DNA from: the human T2T-CHM13v2.0 reference genome, Homo sapiens
NCBI RefSeq assembly: GCF_009914755.1
Contig: NC_060933.1
Strand: one strand, 5' to 3'
DNA: 64,000 bases
Made by a program: the position numbers and the translations under genes. How positions within the stretch are numbered: position 1 is the first letter of the stretch; every line of letters starts with the position of its first letter. Positions 45,121 through 58,172 of this stretch are shown here, piece after piece. Under the pieces are notes generated by a model. It ran no database searches. It had not been told where the DNA came from and was given only the letters and a program-made list of their open reading frames with translations.

Positions 45121-46781
45121 AAAAAAGTTAAACACGTCCATAACCTAACACATCAACAGTTTATCTTGTAGGAACATGCAAGAAATATTTATGTCTTTAT
45201 ACCATGCAATATATGCATAAGTGGTCACAGTAGAATTGGGTTTATAAATAATATGAAATAACTGGAAACAAGCAGAAAAGCATTTACAGAAATTATACAT
45301 TTCTTCTATTTTTTTATATAGGTTTTGTTGTACTTAAATGGTTTATCTATTTGGAATATATTTGGTTTAAAGGAGGGACATAGGGATCAGGCTCTATTTT
45401 TTCCCAAATGGTGAGCCCTTGCTATAACGCCAATAATTGAATGATCCATCTTTTCCTGCCTGATTTGAAATGCTGTCTTTATCTTACGTTAAACTTCTAT
45501 GTACTTAGGACTGTTTCTGGACTGTCTGTTGTGTTCTCTTGATGTACAGATGTACAGGTATCACACTGTTTATCACTTTAAAGTAAACGTTAACATTAGA
45601 ATCATGTCTTAAGAGCAGACTTACGAAATAGCAGATAAATTACTGCACTGCCTGCTGTGCTCACTAAGTTGGGCCGCTTTCTGGTGGACTCCTTCACTGG
45701 GCAGACTCGCCTTGTTAGCTAGACTGGCATCAATGCCATTATAGATAAGGAAACTGAGGTTGAGTGAGGTTAAGAAACTTGCTGTAGGAAGTAGCAGAGC
45801 AGAGATTGGAGCCTGAGTCTGTCCAACCCCAAAGCCTATGGAGTCCTGTTCAAAACATGCTATGGACGTGCCAGTATCTTTCCCTAGGGACTATATAAGT
45901 ACCTTATTGAATCAGATGGAATATGATAGTTGTGGCTTATCTGAAATGTTTCCCTGGCTGCAGTTAGTTGCATGCTAATATTTGTTTTAATAAGTTAATT
46001 TTTAAACAATCTAGTGATATTATAGAGAAATCAGAAAATAAAAAGATCATCCTAAATAAATGTCAACCCTCTTACATTTACCATTAAAATTTGGACACCT
46101 TTCCCTCTGGTTATTTTGTAAGCATATTTTTATTATTTAAGTCATAAAGTATTAAGAATTTTGTTCCTGCCTTTTCCTTCCCCTATCTTCTCTGTTAAGC
46201 TGCTTTGTCTTCCTAATGACAAAGCCATTTTTCAAGACTACATAATATTCACAGATGAGAATGAAAATAATTTATTTAACTCATACTCTATTGTTGAACA
46301 TTTAGGTTGGTTCTGATTTTCCACTTATAAAATTATACTGTAATGAACATCTTCTATATATAAAAATATTTTGATATTTTAAAACCATCTCCTTTTGATA
46401 CAGTCCCAACGAGAGATTATTGGGTTAAGGGTACATATTAGTTTAACACATTTCCATATTTCCACCTGCCCATTTTCTGGCATTTATTGATACTAGGCTT
46501 TGGGAAGCTTTGTTCATTTGGAAAATAAATTTAGTATATTCTTTAAAAAGGCTTTGCTGACTTATCATTATGAAAGGAGTTTATGTTCAATGAGGAGAAC
46601 TAGACTATGTATGCAAAAAAAGAGTCATAATACCACAGTGCTCCAAGATGATTTTGTCAATTTCATATCTATCCTTGCATTATTTTTTTATACAAATAAT
46701 AGTTTTTCAGTAAATTATTTTTAAATCTCACATTTTATTAGCCAGAATTCTCTAATAACCAGTTTTTCTGCATTTATGCTG

Positions 46782-46875
46782 ATAGTTTGTATTTGGAGGA
46801 TGATTCTTCATCTTTCAAAATCTTAAACATAGTTTGTATTTGGAGGATGATTCTTCATCTTTCAAAATCTTAAAC
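46782..46875. repeat. Perfect 47-bp tandem duplication
   Basis: ATAGTTTGTATTTGGAGGATGATTCTTCATCTTTCAAAATCTTAAAC x2. Confidence 0.95.
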
Positions 46876-47129
46876 ACCTTTTCAATTTATCCATCCACCT
46901 GACTGACCATTACATATTTGTGCCAACTATGGGCAGTGACCCTTAATAGGTGCCAAGGTGCTGAATCAATATGAATTTTGTTCACAGCCTTCTGGAATGT
47001 GCTGTAGAAAGTTCAGCGCTCTCAGACTGATTGTCAAGGGTGGTGGAGGGAAAGATGAATCTTGGTAAAGGGAATCCAAGGCAACTTCTTGAGGGAAGTG
47101 TCATTTGCACTTAGCTTTGTATTTGTAAT

Positions 47130-50100
47130 TGTAAATGTCTTGAATTTATAAAATGACTTGGATAGGACAATATTATGTTTTTTCCACCCGGTAACATGGT
47201 CTGTTTCTTTATTCATTCACGCTCCTTTATATGACTCAAGTTTTGGAGTTTTCCAAATAAGTTTTGAGCACTTATTTTTAAGTTTATTCCTAGATATTTG
47301 ATATTTTTGACCGCAGTTGTGACTGAGATCATTGCCCTCATTGAATATTTTGCCTAATTAATGTGGGTACATAGAAAAACTACTGATTTTTATGTGATTG
47401 TTAAGTTAGTGGATAATTTATTGTATTACCTTCTTAGTTCCAACAGTTTCTTGTGGTTTCTAGGTAGGCAATAATATCATATGCAAATAATATTCATTTC
47501 CCTTCATCTTTTACAATATTGTACTTTTTTCTCTTATATTATGCATTGACTAGACCTCCTGGAACAATTTGAATAATAACAGGGATAACAAGTATTCTTG
47601 TATTATCTTATTTCTTTTCTTAGTGAGAAGGATTCTAGCGTTTTGTAATCAAGTATGATATTTTATTTTGGTTTCAGAAATGTATATTTTTTATCACTAA
47701 GCATCCTTCTGAGTTGCTAAGAGTTTTTTATTTTTAAAATTTGTGAAGATGGAGGTGAGTGATACGATAGAGGAGTGATTTTCAATTTTCTGTATTTGAA
47801 TTTTTCTTTTGCAATGGAGGTTGAATCATTCCCCTCCCCCACTATAAAGCTATTTAGTAATAAGAGGGGGTAAAAGGATGATGAATTTTTAACAAATGCC
47901 TTTTTATTATGTACCCAGATGGCCATATGGTTTTTTCCCTTTGATCTGCCGATGTGATGAATTATATTAATAGATTTTCTAATATTAAACTATCCTGGAA
48001 GGAACCCATTTTGTTTATGGTGTTTTTATTCTTTTAATGCATCCTGGGTCCAATTTGCAGCGTTTTGTGTCTATATCCATTAGTGAGATTGCCCTGCAGT
48101 TTTATTTTTAGTGTGCTGTTTTTGTCATTTTTTAAGGGGGTTATGCTAGTATAGGGGTTATAAATTAGAAAGCTTTCCAGTGATCTGAAACATGGAGGAT
48201 AAATACATTTAAGATTATGTACTTATTGGTAGTGGTCGCTGAGATTGCTGTGTTGAGAAGGATTCTGAGGCCTTGTCATGTGTAAACAATTTAGTGTTTT
48301 GTAAGAGTGTAGGAAATGAGGGTTTAAGTGTGCATGCCAGATGTTTATTTGTAGTCCCTGCTTGGAATGATTTATATTGCACGGGAATTATCTTTTCAGA
48401 GTTTAAAATAACTTGCCATTAAACTCTGTCTTGTCAGGTTTTTGGAGATAATTATTTTCTACTGTAATCCTTTCTTCAATAACATTTTGGCTTTTGCTCT
48501 TTTCATGCCCGTTTTGACCATTTATATTTTCTGAGAAATGTATTCATTTCATCAAGAATTTGAACTGTATTTGCATAGAACAGAATATAATGTTATTTTA
48601 AGAATGTCCTCTGTATGGTTCTATTTCCTAAACTGATTTTTTTTGTAGTTGTATTATTTTTTTTCTTTATTCCTTGGTTGAATGACTGGTATTCAGGGAG
48701 TATTTTGTTGATTTCTATTGTTTTATTCTTTCCCCCTTAAATTTTTAAAGTTACTTGTCAATTCTAACTACTTCCAAGTTATTATACTTTTATGGTAAGT
48801 AAGCCCACCGTTCTGCTTTCTTTAGATTTTTAAAAATTCTTGAGTGAAAGCTTGGCTCTTTATTTTTCTGTTTAGTAATAAAAGTGCTGGGTTAATCAAT
48901 GAATTTTCCTCTGAGTACATCTTTGGTCACTTACAGATGTGTAAGTGTAGCCTAACGATTATTTAAAAGTATAATTTAAATTTCTGTGTTACTCCTTTTC
49001 AATAAGTGCTTATTTTTATTCATTTTTAGTTTATTCTGTTATGAGAAACATTACCAATAATAGTTTTTGCTTTTTGTAATTTATTGAAATTTTTGGATTC
49101 CTTTTAAATATTAATTTGTGGAAATGTTTCATCTGCTTGCGAAAGAAGTAATTTCTGTTTTTAGGATTTATTTTTTGCTTGTATTCACACATTACATAAG
49201 CCACTTTTATATATCATTGACTTTATTAATTGTATTTTTCAGATTCCCCATAGGGCCTTAGATATATTATTAAGTTTTTCTAATTATTTCAAGAAATTGA
49301 GAGCCTGTTAATGTCTTCTAATATTATAATATTTCTTTTGATTTTACCATTTGCTTTATATGTTTTACTTTATGTATTTTATTACTAGGTCATTTAACAG
49401 AAGTATACCTGCCTGCTACATTTTATTATGGGTTGTACCCTTAATCTGTAAAAATAGGCCCTCCTTGACCTGTTTTATGCTTTCTACTTTCAGTTCTGGA
49501 TTTTCTAATTTTTATAGTTCATTTCCTGCTTTTACCTTTAATTCTAGAGATTTTTATGAAAGCACTTCCTGCTTTCTATTGTTGGAATTTACCTTGTATA
49601 GATTTACATGTTTATTTTACTTTTGCTTGTTCTGTGTACTTAAAAAATAGCTACTATGTATTTCTTTTGGATATCATGCTTTCTTATACTTAAAAACTCA
49701 GAGTCTTGAGATCTGTGTTTTTTAATATGGAACTTACCCCCGTTTATATTTATTATCATAACTGATGTGTTTTGTTTCATCTAATTACAGTTTTTCCCCC
49801 TATGTACTAGTACAACTAAGAAGATGTTTTTGATTCCTTCATATATGAATGGCAGTTTGGATAAATATAACATTTTTGGGTTATGCATTTTATCCTTCAG
49901 TACTCAAGAGATGTTCTGTAGTCTTATGTTATTAATATTTTAGAAGATAATTTCGAGGATACACGATATTTTGCTTTTGTGCTTAATTCTGTTCCCATCC
50001 CCAGCCTTCCTGAATGCCTGTATCACTCTTTTTTCACCCTTGAAATTTGAGGCTTATTCCAGCCTCTATGTTTTAATGCCTTTTAATTAGTTGCTGGGAA

Positions 50101-50340
50101 CATGGCATGTACTTTCAGTCTACAGATTTCTTTCTTAATAATAGGAAATGTTTTGTTCCATATGTCCCATTGGTCTCATCTTTTTAAAATGGTAGTTATC
50201 TCTATATATCCATATACCCCTATTGTTTGCCTTCCGTAATTATCTTTACTTTTGGTTATTTTAATCTCTTTAAATTTTTTTTAGTTTTATATGTGTTTCC
50301 CCAGCTTTTCCTTTGCATCACTTACTCGGTTTTCTGCACT
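47130..50340 (-). mobile_element. Very old L1 (L1ME/L1M5-type) ORF2 fragments, antisense, with a MER103-like piece at ~48190-48360
   Basis: T-rich degenerate L1 motifs (TTAAGTTTATTCCTAGATATTTGAT, GCAATAATATCATATGCAAATAA). Confidence 0.65.
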
Positions 50341-50379
50341 GACAGTTCTGCCCTTTACTGCTTTGGATACTGGATTTCG

Positions 50380-50715
<336 letters not shown>

Positions 50716-51029
50716 TGATTCCTTGCACTTTTCATTCCTAGAGCTTCTCTTTCTGTTTCACTCTGTTCTTGTCTTTAATTTTACTGAGCACACAAAGGAG
50801 TGTGTCTTAGATGTCTTTCTGTTTTCCAGAGTAACACTGTGCTCTGTATGTTTCTTCTCTCAATCTTGAGCATGATGCTTAACTCTATTTTTGTCACTCC
50901 ATTTTGTTTCCTTCGCCCTCCCCCTGTTTGCCTCATTTATTCATTCAAAATAAGGGAAGTCTCGTGTTTGGCATGTTTGGCTTGGCCTGGTCTATATCCT
51001 AAAATGATGTCAGTAGCTGCTTCCTCAGA

Positions 51030-51298
51030 TTTTTCGTTTTTTTTTTTTTTTTTTAAGAGATGGGGTCTTGCCTTGTCACCCAGCCTGGATCATATCTCCC
51101 TGCAGCCTTGAACTCCTGGGCACAAGCAATCCTCCTGCCTCAGCCTCCTGAGGAGCTGGGACTACAGGTGTGCACCACCATGCCCAGCTAATTTTTAAAT
51201 TTTTTGTAGAGGCGGGGTCTTGCTATGTTGCCCAGGCTGGTCTCAAACTCCTGGCCTCAAGCAATCCTTCTGCCTCAGCCTCTGGAATAGCTGGGACT
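51030..51298 (-). mobile_element. AluJ, partially deleted
   Basis: TSD CTGCTTCCTCA. Confidence 0.88.
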
Positions 51299-51729
51299 GC
51301 TTCCTCAAACCTTGAGTGGAAAGAGGAGGGCTAGATGTTACACATTTATAGATCAGCGATGCAGCAGCCCGGGGTTAATGAGGTGAGGCTGAGACTGTAG
51401 TTACCTCAATATGTGGTTCTTTCCTTTGGCTTGGTGAAGCTGCGCTGGGAAGTGCCCAGTGGTTTATGCTCAAGATTCTTTCCTGGTAGGATTGTGGGGT
51501 GGGTTTGAAAGCCCTAGCTGGAAGTAGCTTAGCTTCTCTTGGCATTCCCTGTAGGTCCTGTCACCTTGGTTTTCCTCTTACCAGCCTGCCTCAGAGTCTC
51601 CAGGAGGGTGGCTGTGAGATGGTCCCTCATGATGTCCCGTGATTTGTCCCCACATCTGTAACATCTAGCGGAAATTCCTCAGTAGGTGGCTTGTGCATGA
51701 CTCCTTTTCTAGATTTTAAGACCTTTTTT

Positions 51730-52959
<1,230 letters not shown>

Positions 52960-52989
52960 GACAAACTGCCACTTTTAAATGCGATTAAC

Positions 52990-53197
52990 CCTAACAGTTT
53001 TTTGCACAGTAGTTAACCTCATCACTACTTTGGGTGGGCTGTACAGGGATTCTTTCCTTCATCTTACAGATGAGTAAACAGGCACAGAGAGGAAGGGGAA
53101 AAGTGACTTCTTTGAGGTGAGGCAGCAACCCAAGAGAACCTGGCAGAGCTGAGGCCAGAACCCGAGCTCCTGTCTCCTAGCACCGTCCTCTCCCGCG
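52990..53197 (-). mobile_element. MIR whose 5' head seeds the adjacent minisatellite
   Basis: CATCTTACAGATGAGTAAACAGGCACAGAGAG...AAGTGACTT...TGGCAGAGCTGAGGCCAGAACCC. Confidence 0.75.
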
Positions 53198-53782
53198 AAC
53201 CCGAGCTCCCGTCTCCTAGCACCGTCCTCTCCCGCGAACCCGAGCTCCCGTCTCCTAGCACCGTCCTCTCCCGCAAACCCGACCTGCTGTCTCCTAGCAC
53301 CGTCCTCTCCCGCAAACCCGACCTCCTGTCTCCTAGCACCGTCCTCTCGCGCAAACCCGACCTCCTGTCTCCTAGCACCGTCCTCTCCCGCAAACCCGAC
53401 CTCCTGTCTCCTAGCACCGTCCTCTCCCGCAAACCCGACCTCCTGTCTCCTAGCACCGTCCTCTCCCGCAAACCCGACCTCCTGTCTCCTAGCACCGTCC
53501 TCTCGCGCTAACCCGACCTCCTGTCTCCTAGCACCGTCCTCTCCCGCGAACCCGACCTCCTGTCTCCTAGCACCGTCCTCTCCCGCAAACCCGACCTCCT
53601 GTCTCCTAGCACCGTCCTCTCGCGCTAACCCGACCTCCTGTCTCCTAGCACCGTCCTCTCGCGCTAACCCGACCTCCTGTCTCCTAGCACCGTCCTCTCC
53701 CGCAAACCCGACCTCCTGTCTCCTAGCACCGTCTTCTCCCGCGAACCCGAGCTCCTGTCTCCTAGCACTGTCCTCTCCCGCT
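53159..53782. repeat. 39-bp minisatellite (VNTR-like), 16 copies
   Basis: Unit AACCCGA(C/G)CTCCTGTCTCCTAGCACCGTCCTCTC(C/G)CGC(A/G/T); unit starts 53159, 53198 ... 53744. Confidence 0.97.
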
Positions 53783-54699
53783 GCTGCGAGAGAGCGTTTG
53801 TTGCACTTGAGGGTCTAAACTTTGTCTCCAGTTCTCCTCAGGGCAGAATCTCTCCTTTTCCTCAAGTTCTCCTGCGTCGTTGGGCCTCAGCGTCTCCAAC
53901 ATTTAAAACGGGCATCTCCTTGCCCCGTCTCCTGTCTAGGCAGCTGTTGCTCTCGCCCTTCTCTGTGCGGACTTGGCCAGCCCGGTGCTTTGCCAGACAC
54001 TTGCAGGGAACTGCTCTTGCGGCTGAGCTAGCATCTGCTTCCCCATCTGGTCTCAACTTTTTTCTTAATTACCCACTGAATTGGCTCTAACAAAATGCTG
54101 ACAACTTGAACGAGACATTAGCTGATACATCAGCGCCCGTGCCAGGGCCTCATGGGCTTTTCCGGGACATGCTAAACCCGGGCCCAGCAAAAGACCTTGT
54201 TCCCTGGCCAGAGTCCCCATTCTAGCTGAGTGGAAGCTCCAGCCAGGGGACAGGGTTATCACGGGGTCTCGTAGCTCATAAACGCCACTGCTTCGTGGCT
54301 GAACTAAGGCTTACAGCTTCTTAAGTGGCCTGGTGGCTGGGTCCCAAACCTGCAAGCAAGTTTTGTTCTCTCTCCTGCTGCCTCCTTGGTCCCTAATCCT
54401 CTGAGTCTTTTATTCCAAACTCCTGTTCTCCGGACTATTTCTGTTTTGTTTTGTTTTTCCTCTGCGTGTCTAACTGGTCTTGAAGCTGGGATACTAAGTG
54501 TGTCGCAGTGGGGGGGACATCGCGCTGAGCATCTGTGGCCTTGAGGTGCCTCTTCATGCCTTTTTGGGCCTGTTTTTGCATCTGCATAAAGGGGTCCAAT
54601 GCAGTGCAATACAGACTCTCTTTCTGACTTTCTGTGATTCTGAGAAGAAATGGCAGTGCTTCCATTTTCTCAGCTAAGTAGGGTAAGAACAATCAGAAG

Positions 54700-54930
54700 C
54701 TGCCTACGTGAGGGTGGAGAGTGCAGACACCGGAGTTCGCCAGCCTGGATTCAAGTCTTGCCTCTGCTCCTTCCTCCCTGTGTGGCTCTGAGCAGTTTGC
54801 TAAACCTCTCTGTTTCGTCTTTGTAAATTGCAGGGTCAGGGGCTGGTTCAGAGAACCCCATGTGGAGTTAGTTATGAAGATTAAATGAATTAATACATGT
54901 AAACACTCAGCACATAGTAAGAACTCAGAT
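54700..54930 (+). mobile_element. MIR
   Basis: CCTGGATTCAAGTCTTGCCTCTGC...GAAGATTAAATGAATTAATACATGTAAACACTCAGCACATAGTAAG. Confidence 0.75.
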
Positions 54931-55029
54931 GCTACCTGTTTTCTTTCCCTCCCTTTTAAAAGTCATGTGCCACAAGTTAATTTTGCTCAGTTTAGGGTGT
55001 GTGGCTATCTTTGCTTGTGTAGGGTCCTT

Positions 55030-57150
55030 TCTAGCTTTGTTTAGTTTTTATCCCCATTTTCTCCAACTTCTCTGCTCCTCCCCTACCTCCAAGCCGCTTA
55101 TTCTAATGTATTTAACATGCATCTTTTTGTTTATGTGTTTTTAGAGACATGCACTATTGTTTTGTGTGCATGCTTTAAAAATTTACATAAATAATACAGT
55201 GTTTGAATCTCATTCTGTTTCTCACTTTTGTGCCTCTGCTCTGTTTTTGAGATCTGTCCACATTACTTCCAGCTGCTTGGTGCAGCCACCACATTTTACC
55301 TATTCACCTCCGAGCATTTTAATCAACGCCCAGTATCCCATTGTAAGGAACTACCATAGTTTATATAACCAGTCCCCTTTCTGATGGGTGTTTTGGTGTT
55401 CCTAGTTTTCTGGCTATTATAACTGGAGAACCAGTGCTGCTTGTGGTGTAGGGCTGCTGGTGATGAATTCCTTAGCTTGTGTACTTCTCATTTGCCTTAA
55501 CTGTCCCCCCTCACCCCAAATAAAACTGCAATGAACATCCTTGTACATGTTTCCACATGGACCCCTGGGAGGCCTTTTTTATGATGTGTACCCAGGTGTG
55601 GAATTTAGGATAGAATGAAATAGAGAATATTTGAAAGAAGCAAAAGGAATGGAGGCTGGTCTTGAACTCCTGACCTGAACTGAGTAAGTCATAAAATCAC
55701 TTTGCCAATAAAGAATTTGACTGCCTGTTGGGCTTGCCTTGAATCCCATCTAAGGACCTCTTTTGGTTTTTCAATTTTTAACTTGAAATGCATGAGCGAA
55801 TACATGTTCTTTGAAAACAATACAGATGACACAGAAATAAGTGGAATGAAGAATAAGAATGGAAAAGACCCCTTGACATTACTTTCCATTCTCCTAAGCC
55901 CCATTTCCAGTGTGTAAGTCCTGGTGACAGTGGAGTATATCACCCTAGGTCTTTTTCTTATACATTTACAGATACAACTGGGAGCCATTCATACTGTTTT
56001 ACAGCTTAGCTTTTCTCACTTAATAGGGTGTTCGCAAGGTCATTCTATGTTAGCCCCAATAAATCTGCCTCTGTTTTTTTTTTTTAATCAACACTCAGTA
56101 TTTCATTGTAAGCATCTATCATAGTTTATGTAACTAGTCTTCTGGTGGGTATTTTGATATTCCCAGTTTTCTGGCTGTTATAACCGGAGAACCAGTGCTT
56201 CCTATGTAGGTCTGCTGCTGATGAATTCCTTTTGGTTTTGTACGTCTTTATTTTGCTTTTGTTTTTGAAAGATATTTTTGCTAGCTATAGAATTCGAGGT
56301 TGACAGGGTTTTTTGTTTGTTTCTTTCTTTCTTTCAGTACTTTAAAGATGTTGCTTCACTGTTTCCTGGCTTGTTTCTGATGGAAAGTTGGCTGTTATTC
56401 TTTGTTCCTCTGTGTGTAATGTCTTCAAAATTTTTTTCTTACTACTTTTAGGATTTTCTCCTTATCTCTCATTTTAAGCAGTTTGATTAATGATGTGTCT
56501 GTTTCTTCTGCTTGGGATTTATTGAGCTTCTGGGTTCACACCAAACTAGAAAACTTTCGGCCATTATTTCTTCAAATATCTTTCTCTTCTCCCCTTCTTC
56601 ACCCCTCCTTTTTTTTTTTTTTCCAAGGATTCCAATTGCATGTATATTAAGCCTTTTGAATCTGTCCCATAGCTCATTGATGCCCTATTTTTTCCATCTT
56701 TTATTTTTCTGTTTCATTGTTAATAATTATTGCTGTCTTCAAGTTCATCAATCTTTTCTTCTTTAATATCTAACCTCTTCTTTTTTTTTTTCTAACCTAT
56801 TCTTAATACTACCCAGTGTATTTTTTTAATCCCAGGCATTGTATTTTTCATCTCTAGAAGTTTGGTTTGGGTCTTTTTATATCTCCTGTGTCCCTATAAG
56901 GTGATTATGTTTTTTTTCCTCTACCTTCCTGGACATATGGAGTATATTTATGATGGCTGTTTCAACATCCATAAAGTCTATCATATGTCATTTTTGTATC
57001 TCTTCCTGTTAATTTTTCTGCTGCTTTCATGCCTAGCAATTTTTGATTCTGAATTTTGATTCTGAATTTTACATTCCTGATTGTTTTAGTGCTGGCAGTT
57101 TTGGGGTTTAAGTATTTTTGTGCTGTGTTTTGCTCTGTTATTGGTGAAGT
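55030..57150. mobile_element. Mosaic of old L1ME fragments, mostly antisense, containing a ~170-bp dispersed duplication
   Basis: L1 motifs GTTTTTGAAAGATATTTTTGCT...ATAGAATTC and GGCCATTATTTCTTCAAATAT. Confidence 0.65.
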
Positions 57151-57156
57151 CTTAGC

Positions 57157-57647
57157 TGTATTTGTTTCCTTTGACTGCTCTAACAAATTATCACACACTT
57201 AGTTGCCTAAAACAACACAAATTTATTGTCTTGTAATTCTGGAGATCAGAAATCTGAAATGGGCCTCACTGGATTAAAATCAAGGTGTCAGCCGAGGTTC
57301 TAGAAGCCCTAGGGGAGAATCTGTTTCCCTTTCCAACCTTTAGAGGCTACCTACACTCTTTGGCCCATGGCTTCTTCATCTTCAAAGCTAGCAACATTGG
57401 GCAGAGTTCTTCTCACGTTGCCCATCTCTCTGGCTCTCTCTCTTCTGCCTCCCTCTTCCACTTAGAAGGACCCTTGCCTTGAGCCCACTCCAACCATCCA
57501 GCATAATCTCTCTATCTCAAAGTCATCTGATTAGCAAGCTTAATTGCATCTGCTTGTAGCCTAACACCTTCACAGTTCTGGGGATTAGGACGCACATGTC
57601 TTTGTTGGGTACAGGGAGGGCATTATTCTATTATTCTGCCTATCACA
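57157..57647 (-). mobile_element. MLT1C/D-like LTR
   Basis: TGTATTTGTTTCC...AACAAATTATCACACACTTAG...GGGCATTATTCT...CTGCCTATCACA. Confidence 0.82.
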
Positions 57648-57676
57648 GTCATTAAATTACTTGGAAACCGTTTGAT

Positions 57677-57916
57677 TTTTTTTTTCCAAGACTGCCTCGC
57701 TCTGTCACCCAGGCTGGAGTGCAGTGGCATAGTCTTGGCTTACCGTAACCTCTGCCTCCTGGTTCAAGCGATTCTTGTGCCTCAGCCTCCTATTGGAGGC
57801 ACACGCCCTCACACCTGGCTAATTTTTTATTTTTAGTAGAGATGGGGTTTCACCATGTTAGCCAGGCTGGTCTTGAACTCCTGACTCAAGTGATCTGCCT
57901 TTGCCTCCCAAAGTGC
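57677..57916 (-). mobile_element. Alu, truncated/deleted
   Basis: Both arms present but shortened. Confidence 0.88.
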
Positions 57917-57983
57917 CTGTTTGATCTTTGAGGCTTGCTATTCAGCCTTGTTCAGCAAGACCAGAGCAACCTTCAGAATAGAG

Positions 57984-58172
57984 CAGGGTTTGGCAAACTA
58001 CAGGCCAAATATGGGGCAAATCAGGCTTGCCTTCTGTTTTTGTAAATAAAATTTTATTGGAACACAGATATGCTCATTTTTGTGTACTGTCCGTGGCTGC
58101 TTCCATTCCACAACAATCCATAAAACCTAAAATATTTATTTTGTGACCCTTTATAGAAAAGCCTGTAGACCA
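57984..58172. mobile_element. MER58A-like hAT MITE
   Basis: CAGGGTTTGGCAAACTACAGGCC...TTTTGTAAATAAAATTTTATTGGAACACAG. Confidence 0.8.

Noticed and set aside
33052-48272. Shared 25-mer CTGTGTTGAGAAGGATTCTGAGGCC at ~33053 and ~48248
   Set aside because: Conserved core of two separate MER103-like elements, not a specific duplication.
53064-53495. 143-aa repetitive ORF (LGDRRSGLRERTV)n on the minus strand
   Set aside because: Translation of the 39-bp minisatellite from a non-ATG start; variant units introduce stops; no promoter or exon evidence.
53159-53782. Possible CRISPR-like array
   Set aside because: Units are contiguous with no unique spacers, there are no cas genes, and the context is eukaryotic.
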